Shown: positions 10,517 through 19,029 of the stretch, piece after piece
Position numbering within the stretch: the first letter of the stretch is position 1
How the letters are laid out: the number at the start of each line of letters is the position of its first letter
Assembly: GCA_023142915.1 (NCBI GenBank)
Contig: JAGLIO010000001.1
Location: 126-64,125, forward strand
Origin: Candidatus Parcubacteria bacterium
Lineage (GTDB): Bacteria; Patescibacteriota; Patescibacteriia; Patescibacteriales; UBA12075
DNA length: 64,000 nucleotides
Reading direction: 5' to 3'
Program-made: the position numbers and the translations under genes
The notes under the pieces: generated by a model
The model's database searches: none
Seen by the model: only the letters and a program-made list of their open reading frames with translations
What the model was told of the DNA's origin: nothing

Positions 10517-10897
10517 ATGAAAAAAGTTTTATTCAGCGCAACTGATCCTTTAGGCAATGAAATAAAACTGCTTAAAGAGACATTTGAAAAACATATTATT
10601 GTCAGGCACCCTGAAATGAAAAACCATATTCAAGATATTAAACAAGCAGTAAAACATCCGCTCTATATCGGAAGCGGAGCCAAAAGCAAAAATTCAATAA
10701 TTTATTTAAGCGTTTTTCCTAATCAAAATACTCCTTATATTATCGTAGCTGTTAAAAGAATAAAGAAGACCAACAAAATAATTTTAACAGCGTTCAGTGC
10801 TAAAAATCTGGGATTAAATAAAATAAATAAAATTTTATGGCAAGAAAAAAATCCAAAAAACTTAATTATTCCTACTCTCCGGCCACGCAAGAACTGA
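10517..10897 (+). CDS. hypothetical small protein (possible RelE/BrnT-fold, DUF4258-like toxin)
   Basis: 126 aa. An HIIVRHPEM...IQDIKQAV segment followed by a beta-rich IIYLSVFP...YIIVAVKR...IILTAFSA pattern. This is weak similarity recalled from memory with no motif certainty. Confidence 0.3.
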   Translation: MKKVLFSATDPLGNEIKLLKETFEKHIIVRHPEMKNHIQDIKQAVKHPLYIGSGAKSKNSIIYLSVFPNQNTPYIIVAVKRIKKTNKIILTAFSAKNLGLNKINKILWQEKNPKNLIIPTLRPRKN

Positions 10898-11130
10898 TGA
10901 TTACAACTGTTGAACAAAAAGATTTGGGCAAAGTTGAAAATATTATGCTGGACAGCGACCACTATCTGCAATGGGATCCAATGGCAAAGGAGTTGGTCGG
11001 TTTTTTTATTTTATTTGTTGGCGCTGATGAAAAAAAAGAACAGTTTCATAGTTTTCCGCAAGCAAAAGAGCTAAAATCAATTGGTTTTAATAATTTTTTC
11101 AAACAGCTTGGAAATATTTGCGCTGGCTAA
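10837..11130 (+). CDS. hypothetical small protein overlapping the previous ORF by 61 nt (possible cognate partner)
   Basis: 97-aa ORF in a different frame with a basic N-terminus (MARKKSKK). Coding status uncertain. Confidence 0.25.
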   Translation: MARKKSKKLNYSYSPATQELMITTVEQKDLGKVENIMLDSDHYLQWDPMAKELVGFFILFVGADEKKEQFHSFPQAKELKSIGFNNFFKQLGNICAG

Positions 11131-11355
11131 GACTTGGCTGATCTTGATTATAACATTAAAGACGCAATCTTTACTTCTTTTCATGTTCCTGCTTATTACT
11201 GTAATTTTGACAGTTTAGTTTCTCCGATTAACAATGAGTTAAAACTGCAATATGCTACCCGCTAAATACCCATCAGACAGCAGCCAGAAAAAAATTATAA
11301 AATTTAAAAAATAAGTTGTTGGTTAGGGTGAAATAAGCGATATTTTCAATAAAAA

Positions 11356-11382
11356 ATACCTGTTTTAGCAGGTGTTTTTTGT
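11356..11382 (+). terminator. second copy of the clpB-type terminator hairpin (part of 11318-11385 repeat)
   Basis: tacctg-ttttag-caggtg + T-run. The flanking sequence repeats the clpB 3' end (gttggttagggtgaaataa). Confidence 0.5.
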
Positions 11383-11426
11383 TTTGATTGGGTAGGATTA
11401 ATAAATTTTATTTTTTGAAATCTAAC

Positions 11427-12071
11427 TCAATTCGATATTTCAAAAATTTTACTAACAAGCTTTGTTCTCGCATAAAAAGCTCTTGTAATTGGTCGCCTTT
11501 CGCCTGTATGAGGATTTATTCCACCTATCCCCTTTGTTCTTGCCTGTACCCATTTACCGTACTTGCCTGTAAGTTTATCGAATCCTTCTTTTATGAGTTT
11601 ACTTCTAATAAAATCATAATCTGATTTTATTTCTAAAATAAGATCATCGTCCTCAGCGAAATCAAGGCTTGTCACTTCAAGAAGTTCGGCGTGTTTTGCG
11701 TCCTGACCATGCCACATAACAGAACAAAAAACCAGAGACTTTAATTTTTCCCAACAATGACTTTTGAAAAATGACGTGATTTTTAATTCTTCCGGATTAA
11801 TCATGGTTATTGCCATTGTTTCTTTTGGTTTTAACTTTCCCCCAACCTCTTTAAAGGCGACTGATTTTAATTCAAAACCAAGCCCATTTGGGGCTTGGGA
11901 ATTATCGTTGCTAAGTCCCGCTAATCTTTCAAGCGTCTGTCCTTTCCAACCTTTATTTTGCTTCCCCGTTTCAAAAGTTGTAATTCCAAAATCAACAGAC
12001 AATTTCATTAAATCTTTACCGATATGTTTTTTTAAATTGCTTATTGCGGTTGCTCTAGTAATTATTTTCAT
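11427..12071 (-). CDS. putative Type II restriction endonuclease (partner of adjacent beta-class MTase)
   Basis: 214 aa, 50 bp downstream of the MTase on the same strand. Possible PD-(D/E)XK-like ND...ELK segment (LSNDNSQAPNGLGFELKSV). No firm family assignment. Confidence 0.4.
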   Translation of the reverse strand: MKIITRATAISNLKKHIGKDLMKLSVDFGITTFETGKQNKGWKGQTLERLAGLSNDNSQAPNGLGFELKSVAFKEVGGKLKPKETMAITMINPEELKITSFFKSHCWEKLKSLVFCSVMWHGQDAKHAELLEVTSLDFAEDDDLILEIKSDYDFIRSKLIKEGFDKLTGKYGKWVQARTKGIGGINPHTGERRPITRAFYARTKLVSKIFEISN

Positions 12072-12120
12072 AAATATAAAAATTTATTTTATTAAAACTA
12101 AGACTTCTTTATTACCAACT

Positions 12121-12954
12121 TTATTTTAAGTTTTTAACATCTTTTTTTATTTCTTTAAACCTTTTAATCGATAAGTCAAGATATTTTTTTTCTAAATCTA
12201 TACCGATAAATTTTCTATTATTTAAAAATGAAGCCATTCCCGTAGTTGATGAGCCGGTAAAAGGATCAAGTACCATATCTCCTTTATTCGTGCTAGCCAT
12301 TACAATTCTGACTAATAAATCTATTGGTTTTTGCGTTGGATGTTTGCCGAATTTCTTTTCTGCTGGCTTTGGTGTTCCCATTGACCAAACACTTCTCATT
12401 TGAAGTCCGGGTTTTTTAATAAAATCCTCTGGCCAATTCCCATTTTTCATTAAATCATAATTAAATTTATGTTTTTGTTTTATTGATTTTCCAGTTCTCT
12501 TGTTTACAAGTTCTTTTCTGGCCCAAATAAGAGTTTCATGACTTGCGGTAAAAAAACGACAACTTAAATTCGGTGAAGCATTTGGCTTAAACCAAGCTAT
12601 ATCATTTAAAATATGGAATTTATTAACTTGCAAAGCAAAGCCACATTGATAAATTGAGTGGTATGTACCAGAAATCCAAATTGTTCCGCCAGGCTTCAGA
12701 ACCCTATGACAAGCCTTAATCCATTCTAAATGAAATTCAAAATTTTTCTTTGTTCCATTGCTTAAATCCCAATCACCTTTTTTAACACTTACCATTTGTC
12801 CGTTTTGGCAAGTAAAACTTCCTGATGAAAGAAAATATGGAGGATCGGCAAAAATCATGTTAATTGAATTTTCTCTGACATTTTCATTTAAAAATTTAAT
12901 TGCGTCAGACAAATATAATGAAAAATCATCTTTTTTAAAATATAATTTCTTCAT
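12121..12954 (-). CDS. DNA methyltransferase, beta class (N6-adenine or N4-cytosine; DPPY)
   Basis: Motif IV IFADPPYF near the N-terminus and motif I/AdoMet site VLDPFTGSSTTGMAS near the C-terminus, with GKHPTQKPIDLLVRIV in between. This is the circular permutation typical of the M.PvuII/M.RsrI-type beta group. Confidence 0.85.
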   Translation of the reverse strand: MKKLYFKKDDFSLYLSDAIKFLNENVRENSINMIFADPPYFLSSGSFTCQNGQMVSVKKGDWDLSNGTKKNFEFHLEWIKACHRVLKPGGTIWISGTYHSIYQCGFALQVNKFHILNDIAWFKPNASPNLSCRFFTASHETLIWARKELVNKRTGKSIKQKHKFNYDLMKNGNWPEDFIKKPGLQMRSVWSMGTPKPAEKKFGKHPTQKPIDLLVRIVMASTNKGDMVLDPFTGSSTTGMASFLNNRKFIGIDLEKKYLDLSIKRFKEIKKDVKNLK

Positions 12955-13203
12955 AAATATTTTATTGATTTAAGAGTAATTTGCATATACTTATTTTATC
13001 TTTTTTAAAACAAAAGGTCAACTTAAATTTTTACACATCTTAAATACCTTTAATTTTAATTTTGAATAAATTTATTTAAAAAGATACGTCTGCTTTTTTT
13101 ATACTACTTTTACCTTATCTTTAAGTCAACTCGGTTTATTTTGTAAAAAAATCCAAACTACTGTATAATTATTAATATCTAATAACTTAAAAACTAATTA
13201 TAT

Positions 13204-14775
13204 ATGCCAAAAAACATAAAAAAATCCTATTTAATAATCACATGTTTTATTATTTTTGCTTGCTTAAGCGCGGAATCGCTGGCGGCGGTTTTTGATCCTA
13301 ATTATATAATCAGCGATGAAGAGATTTTTGATTCAAGTTCAATGACGCTTTCTGAAATTGACGCTTTTTTGCGCTCTAAAAACGGATACATTTCTAAAAA
13401 TAATCTTTCTGATTATGCTGGGCGAACTAAAACAGCGGCGCAAATTATTTATAATGCGGCGAATAATTATGATTGTGGCAATTCAGATATATTTACTCAC
13501 GCGAATATTCAGGAAAAAGAAAGATTTTGTCAAAAAATTACGATTAATCCCAAATTTTTAATTGTACTTTTACAAAAAGAGCAAAGCCTTATTACAGAGA
13601 CAAGCCCCACGCAAAGACAGCTTGATTGGGCGACCGGTTACGGATGTCCTGATGGCGGAGGATGCAATGACAGATGGGAAGGATTTGGCAAGCAAGTAAA
13701 TTCAGCCGCGCTACAATTTTTTGATTACATGGAAAATCCGCATCACTATACTTATCGCGCCGGAAATACTTATACTATATCAAATACCAATAAACCGGAA
13801 ATGGAAGTTACTCCCCTAAACAAGGCTACGGCAGCGCTCTATAATTATACTCCGCATGTTTATAATGGAAATTATAATTTTTATAAACTATGGATGCGTT
13901 ATTTTACTTTTAGCTACCCTGATAATACCCTTTTGCAAATAAAAGGCGAGCCTGGAGTTTGGCTTATTAAAAACGGAGAGAAGCGCCCGTTTTTAACTAA
14001 AGGCGCGCTAACTTCAAGATATGATTTAAATAAAGTAATTCCGGTTAATAAATCAATCTTAGACCAATACCCAAAAGGAGCCCCGATTAAATTTCCTCAA
14101 TACTCTTTAATACGCAGTCCGCGCGGAACTATTTATTTATTGGTTGACGATAAACGCCGCGGGTTTGAAAACGCGGAAGCTTTCCGTAAAATCGGTTTTA
14201 ATCCGGAAGAACTTTTAGATGCCAGCTGGGAAGATATTAGCGCTTATGAGGAAGGCGTATCTATTACAGCTACTTCAAGCTATCCTACCGGAGCCTTGTT
14301 GCAAGACAGGGTTAGCGGCGGAATTTATTATGTAACCGAAGGCACAAAAGCCCCGCTTTGGGACGCGATTTTATTAAAAACAAAATTCAAATGGAAGTCC
14401 ATCACACAAGAAAGTCCGGAAAAATTAGCCAGCTTTAAAACAGTTGAACCGGCAATATTCAATGACGGCGAACTGTTAAAATCAAATCTTTCTCCGGCCG
14501 TATATGTAATTGACAATAAAAAACGCAGACCCATCACCTCGGGCAAAATTTTTGAAGACTTGGGCTATTCATGGGATAACATTATAAGCGTTCCGGAAAA
14601 AATCCTTAACCTTTACGCCGAAGGCGACGCAGTTAAAGAAATTTTTACAGAAGATATCATTGACACCGACAGCGCAACCTCCACTGACCCAATTTTAGCC
14701 TCAAGCACGCCGGACATTGCCACGGGAACCGATGAAACATTGGAAGACGAAATTAATAATATATTAAATCCTTAA
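13204..14775 (+). CDS. secreted protein with four C-terminal ~55-aa repeats and Thr/Asp-rich tail
   Basis: N-terminal signal peptide (IITCFIIFACLSAESLAA). The C-terminal half contains four repeats of a (G)xxYL/VIxxGxKRPIxS...F..LGY.W..I..V.......Y..G module. No catalytic motif recognised. Confidence 0.6.
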   Translation: MPKNIKKSYLIITCFIIFACLSAESLAAVFDPNYIISDEEIFDSSSMTLSEIDAFLRSKNGYISKNNLSDYAGRTKTAAQIIYNAANNYDCGNSDIFTHANIQEKERFCQKITINPKFLIVLLQKEQSLITETSPTQRQLDWATGYGCPDGGGCNDRWEGFGKQVNSAALQFFDYMENPHHYTYRAGNTYTISNTNKPEMEVTPLNKATAALYNYTPHVYNGNYNFYKLWMRYFTFSYPDNTLLQIKGEPGVWLIKNGEKRPFLTKGALTSRYDLNKVIPVNKSILDQYPKGAPIKFPQYSLIRSPRGTIYLLVDDKRRGFENAEAFRKIGFNPEELLDASWEDISAYEEGVSITATSSYPTGALLQDRVSGGIYYVTEGTKAPLWDAILLKTKFKWKSITQESPEKLASFKTVEPAIFNDGELLKSNLSPAVYVIDNKKRRPITSGKIFEDLGYSWDNIISVPEKILNLYAEGDAVKEIFTEDIIDTDSATSTDPILASSTPDIATGTDETLEDEINNILNP

Positions 14776-14778
14776 AAT

Positions 14779-15570
14779 ATGCCTTTAGTATTTTCAGCCA
14801 TAGTCCCCCACCCTCCGATTTTAATTCCAGCGATTGGAAAAAATCATATTAAGCAATTAAAAGCGACTGTAAATTCGTATGAAAAACTAAAAAATAAGTT
14901 AAGCGAAAAAAAGATTGATACAATCATTATTATTTCTCCGCACGGAAAAGCCCATAATGACGCTTTTACAATTAATTTTAATCCAAAATTAGTATGCGAT
15001 TTTAAAGATTTCGGAGATTTTTCCACGCAAAAAACCTGGGACTTGGATATTGAATTAGCTTACAAAATTAAAGAGGGGCTTGAAACAGATATTCCGCTCC
15101 AGCTTAACACCGATGAATTTTTAGACCATGGATCAGCGGTTCCTTTGCATATTCTTACTGAAAATTTGGAAAATATAAAAATAATTCCCATTCATCATTC
15201 CGGACTCAGCTTGGAAGAACATTTAAATTTTGGAGAAAAACTTAAAACTCAAATTTTTGTCAGTAATAAAAATATCGCCGTGATTGCCTCAGGCGATCTT
15301 TCACATGCGTTAGCAAAAGACTCCCCCGCGGGGTACTCGCCTAAAGGCAAAAAATTTGACAAAAAAATCATAGAATTATTAAGCGCGAAAAAAATTGACG
15401 GAATCTTAAATCTTAATCCGAAATTTATAGACGACGCCAAGGAATGCGGCTTGCGTCCGTTTTTAATCCAACAGGGAATATTAAAAAATGTTAATTACAA
15501 AACAAAAACGCTTTCTTATGAAGCGCCTTTTGGTGTCGGATATTTGGTTATGGATTTTGAAATTAATTGA
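14779..15570 (+). CDS. LigB/class III extradiol dioxygenase-fold (MEMO-like) family protein
   Basis: 263 aa. N-terminal AIVPHPPILIP and IIIISPHGKAH resemble the paired-His metal-site blocks of LigB-family proteins. This is a family-level call only. Confidence 0.45.
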   Translation: MPLVFSAIVPHPPILIPAIGKNHIKQLKATVNSYEKLKNKLSEKKIDTIIIISPHGKAHNDAFTINFNPKLVCDFKDFGDFSTQKTWDLDIELAYKIKEGLETDIPLQLNTDEFLDHGSAVPLHILTENLENIKIIPIHHSGLSLEEHLNFGEKLKTQIFVSNKNIAVIASGDLSHALAKDSPAGYSPKGKKFDKKIIELLSAKKIDGILNLNPKFIDDAKECGLRPFLIQQGILKNVNYKTKTLSYEAPFGVGYLVMDFEIN

Positions 15571-15622
15571 ACATAATGCGAATACTGCAAATTTTATCCA
15601 AATACTACAAATTAAAAATAAT

Positions 15623-15886
15623 TTATTCTTTACCGCTTATAATTTTAAAAAAATATTTCCACTTATCTCCAGTTTTACATAATTCCTTTGTATCATTTAA
15701 AACTTGCAAAATAAAATTTTTAGGAAATTGCTTGCATGCCTTAAAAACTGAACTTCTCTTATTTGCCGGAATTTTTAATTCTTCAATAATTTGCAAAGCC
15801 AGCTCCTGCCATTCATAAGCCGGAGTTTTTTTAGTTTTTCTTATTTTTAGTATATCGCCTATTTCCGCGAATTTTTCATTTTTCAT
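15623..15886 (-). CDS. hypothetical small protein downstream of the tandem-repeat protein
   Basis: 87-aa ORF starting 4 bp after the stop of 15891..16919 on the same strand. Confidence 0.3.
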   Translation of the reverse strand: MKNEKFAEIGDILKIRKTKKTPAYEWQELALQIIEELKIPANKRSSVFKACKQFPKNFILQVLNDTKELCKTGDKWKYFFKIISGKE

Positions 15887-15890
15887 CTAT

Positions 15891-16919
15891 CTAATTTTTT
15901 AAATAAATATCTTTAATTTCTTCTAAAATTTTATTATTTTTAGTCTTTTTGTATTGCTCCGCGTAATCCTTTAAAGTCGGGATATAGCGGATAATAAAAT
16001 CAATTTCATCGTCTGTCGGATTGTTTTTTATAAATTTTTTCCAAGCTTCCACCCGCAAAGACTCAACATCTTTTATAATAAAACAATAATCATTATTTGT
16101 CGGTTCCTGCTCTAATAATTTTTTCCATGCCCTGCCTCTTAATCCTTTAACACGCTTTAATATAAAACGCAAGTCTTCATTAGAGGGATTATTTTTACAA
16201 AATTCCTCCCATGCCTGTTCGCGCAAAGACTCAACGTCTTTCATTATAAAACACAAATCATTGTTGCTTGGATTTTGCTCTAAAAGAGTTTCCCACGCGC
16301 GCTGCCTAAAATCAGGCGCCTGAGTTATTATTTTTCTTATTATATCATTTGACTGCCTTAATTTAAGCGTTAATTTCCAAGCATCCTCTCTAAGCTCTTT
16401 AACATATTTAATTATATACAACAAATTATCAATATCCGGATTCATTTTCGCGAGCCTTTTCCATGCGTCTAACCTTAATGGCTCAATAAATTTAATTATA
16501 TATATCAAATCATTTTCACTGGGCTTTTGTTTTTTTAATTTTTTCCAAGCCTTTTTTCTTAACGGCTCAACATATCGCGCGATATCGCGCAATTCAAAAT
16601 TAGTCGGTTTTTGTTTTAAAAATTTTTTCCAAGCCTCAGCTCTTAACGGTTTAACATATTCAATAATATTTTTTAATTCAAAATTTGAAATTTTATTTTT
16701 CTTCAATTCTTCCCAAAATTCTTTCTGCAAATCACCGTCAATAAATTCAATTAAAAACCGCAAATCTTCGTTAGTGGGACTGCCTTTTTTTAATTCTTGC
16801 CAAACCTCATTTCTTAATTCTGGCACTTCTTTAATTAATTCGCACAATTCCCTATTTGTCGCGCCGCTAACTTTTAATTTCTCCCACAAAGCCCTGACTT
16901 TTTTTAATTTCTCTTCCAT
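15891..16919 (-). CDS. tandem-repeat protein: eleven 28-aa repeats (consensus LRxxAWKKLLKQxPTNxDLxFIIKYVEx)
   Basis: 342 aa, almost entirely composed of imperfect 28-residue repeats with invariant Trp and a PTN/PSN turn. Predicted alpha-solenoid. No family recognised. Confidence 0.65.
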   Translation of the reverse strand: MEEKLKKVRALWEKLKVSGATNRELCELIKEVPELRNEVWQELKKGSPTNEDLRFLIEFIDGDLQKEFWEELKKNKISNFELKNIIEYVKPLRAEAWKKFLKQKPTNFELRDIARYVEPLRKKAWKKLKKQKPSENDLIYIIKFIEPLRLDAWKRLAKMNPDIDNLLYIIKYVKELREDAWKLTLKLRQSNDIIRKIITQAPDFRQRAWETLLEQNPSNNDLCFIMKDVESLREQAWEEFCKNNPSNEDLRFILKRVKGLRGRAWKKLLEQEPTNNDYCFIIKDVESLRVEAWKKFIKNNPTDDEIDFIIRYIPTLKDYAEQYKKTKNNKILEEIKDIYLKN

Positions 16920-17044
16920 TTTTTTGTATTGATGTGTTATATTTATATTATATCAGTAATATGTGATTTTAAAAAGGAGTTTAGAGAAATTGACTTATTT
17001 TTTCTTAATTGGTAATATAAAACAAAGCAATTAACTACAAAATT

Positions 17045-17263
17045 ATGCGTAAAATAGATTTAAAATCAGTTATTTGGAAGGAGAATAACTATTATATTTC
17101 TCAGTGTTTGGAAGTGGATGTTTCCAGTTTTGGCAAAACTAGAAAAGAATCCCTTGCCAATCTTCAAGATGCCTTAGAATTATATTTTGAAGATGTGCCT
17201 CTTCCACAGAAGATAGAAGTTAAAAACCCTGTTATTACTTCTGTAAAATTCCAACATGCCTAG
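17045..17263 (+). CDS. hicB: HicB-family antitoxin (UPF0150 N-terminal domain only)
   Basis: 72 aa. YYISQCLEVDVSSFGKTRKESLANLQDALELYFED matches the HicB/UPF0150 pattern (Y.A..P.LPGC...G.T.EEAL.N..EAIELHLE). Overlaps the downstream toxin by 8 nt. Confidence 0.65.
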   Translation: MRKIDLKSVIWKENNYYISQCLEVDVSSFGKTRKESLANLQDALELYFEDVPLPQKIEVKNPVITSVKFQHA

Positions 17264-17480
17264 TCCAATCTCATTTAGACTTATTCTTAAAATCCTTAAA
17301 AAAAGAGGTTTCTTTTTTGTTTCTCAAACAGGTTCACATGCTAAATATCGTAAATTGGGGAACCCAACCATAAATGTTATTGTTCCAATTCACGAAAAAG
17401 AAGTACGTTATGGTACATTCAGGTCTATTTTACGCCAATCCAAATTAAAAGAGAACGATTTTAAAAAAAGAAAAAATTAA
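17256..17480 (+). CDS. hicA: HicA-family mRNA interferase toxin
   Basis: 74 aa. KKRGFFFVSQTGSHAKYRK...VIVPIHEKEVRYGTFRSILRQSKL matches the YcfA/HicA signature (GSH...P.H..KEL..GTLRSILKQ). Confidence 0.75.
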   Translation: MPSPISFRLILKILKKRGFFFVSQTGSHAKYRKLGNPTINVIVPIHEKEVRYGTFRSILRQSKLKENDFKKRKN

Positions 17481-17488
17481 TTTTTTAT

Positions 17489-17956
17489 ATGCCAAAACTA
17501 CTTAAAATAATAACCCATCCAAACGATATTTTACAAAAAAAATCGCAAGAAATTTCGCGAGAAACTATCAAATCAAAAGAATTTCAGATTTTATGCGATG
17601 ATATGTTTGAGACCATGATAAAAAAAGATGGAATCGGCTTGGCTGCGCCGCAAATCGGCAAGAATATTTGCTTGTCAGTAATAAATTCTAGAGAAGAGCC
17701 GCTTTACATAATTAATCCGCGAATAATCAAAAAATCATGGTCAAAAGAATGGGGAGAAGAGGGTTGTTTATCTGTGCCTAATGTTTTTGGCAAAGTAAAA
17801 AGAAATTCAAAAATAACCTGTGTTTACATTGACAGAAACGGAAAAAAAATAAAAATAAGCCCGAAGGGCTTAATGGCAAGGGTATTCCAACATGAAATAG
17901 ACCACTTGGATGGAATTTTATTTATTGAAAAAGCAAAGAATATTAAAAATAATTAA
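17489..17956 (+). CDS. def: peptide deformylase
   Basis: Motifs GIGLAAPQIG, EGCLSVP, HEIDHLDG. Confidence 0.9.
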   Translation: MPKLLKIITHPNDILQKKSQEISRETIKSKEFQILCDDMFETMIKKDGIGLAAPQIGKNICLSVINSREEPLYIINPRIIKKSWSKEWGEEGCLSVPNVFGKVKRNSKITCVYIDRNGKKIKISPKGLMARVFQHEIDHLDGILFIEKAKNIKNN

Positions 17957-17974
17957 ATATTTTATCAAAACCGA

Positions 17975-18601
17975 TTATTGTTTAATCGATTTTTTATTTA
18001 AAATCTTTTTAATAAAAACATATAAAACTATTAAAGCAAACAAAGAAATACAAATTATTTTTATGTTTTTATAAAAATAATGCATAAGCTCTTCGTTGGC
18101 GCCAAAAACATAGCCGAGAATTGCCAAAATAATTATCCATGTAGATGAGCCTAAAAATGTAAAAAATAAAAAATTTCTAATTTTCATTTTTGAAAAACCG
18201 GCCGGGATTGAAATTAATTGCCTGACAGCGGGAACTAAGCGACAAACAAATGTGGAAATATTTCCGTATTTTAAAAAATATTTTTCAGCGCGTTCAATTT
18301 TTTTCGGAGTAACTAAAAATAATTTTGCCGTTTTTGTTTCTGCCAAAGAAAAAACAACTTTTCTACCCAAAGTCAAAGCCAAGTAATAATTAATCAAAGC
18401 GCCGATTAAACTGCCTAGAATTCCAAATAGCACGACTAAATAAATATTAAATTCGCCTTGCGCCGCTAAAAAAGCCGCAGGCGGTATTACCACTTCCGAG
18501 GGAAAAGGAATAAATGAGCTTTCAATTGCCATTAAAAAAATAATGCCAAAATAGCCGATTATCTCGCTGAATTCAAGCAGTAAATTTACAAAATCCATCA
18601 T
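17975..18601 (-). CDS. DedA/VTT-domain family membrane protein
   Basis: 208 aa, about 4-5 TM segments, YFLKYGNISTFVCRLVPAVRQLISIPAGFSKM typical of the DedA/SNARE-associated domain. Confidence 0.7.
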   Translation of the reverse strand: MMDFVNLLLEFSEIIGYFGIIFLMAIESSFIPFPSEVVIPPAAFLAAQGEFNIYLVVLFGILGSLIGALINYYLALTLGRKVVFSLAETKTAKLFLVTPKKIERAEKYFLKYGNISTFVCRLVPAVRQLISIPAGFSKMKIRNFLFFTFLGSSTWIIILAILGYVFGANEELMHYFYKNIKIICISLFALIVLYVFIKKILNKKSIKQ

Positions 18602-19029
18602 AGAAGTTTTGCGTTATCCATGGCAATATTTGCCAATTTGTCCGCCTCTTTATTAAACTCCCGGCGAATATGCGTAAAAGTAACTTTTTTATATTTAAAC
18701 ATATTATTATATATTTTCACAAACAAAGGCGCCAAACCTTTGTTTTTTACTTTATACTCGCGGTTTAGCTGTTTTACAACCAATTCGCTATCCAGAAAAA
18801 AATTAATTTCATCAACTTCATATTTGATAATCAGTTCCATCGCGACAATAACAGCCCTATACTCCGCCTGATTATTAGTAGCCTCGCCAATATATTCTGA
18901 TTTAGTATCAATAATATTATCTTTTTCATCATAAACAACCACCCCAACCCCAGCCGGTCCTGGATTACCCCGCGCTCCCCCGTCAGTGTAAATTTTAATT
19001 TTTTTATGCTTCATATTTTTTAATATCAA
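18598..19029 (-). CDS. rnhA: ribonuclease HI
   Basis: IYTDGGARGNPGPAGVGVVVY, catalytic D/E/D and the TNNQAEYRA block. 143 aa. Confidence 0.9.
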   Translation of the reverse strand: MILKNMKHKKIKIYTDGGARGNPGPAGVGVVVYDEKDNIIDTKSEYIGEATNNQAEYRAVIVAMELIIKYEVDEINFFLDSELVVKQLNREYKVKNKGLAPLFVKIYNNMFKYKKVTFTHIRREFNKEADKLANIAMDNAKLL

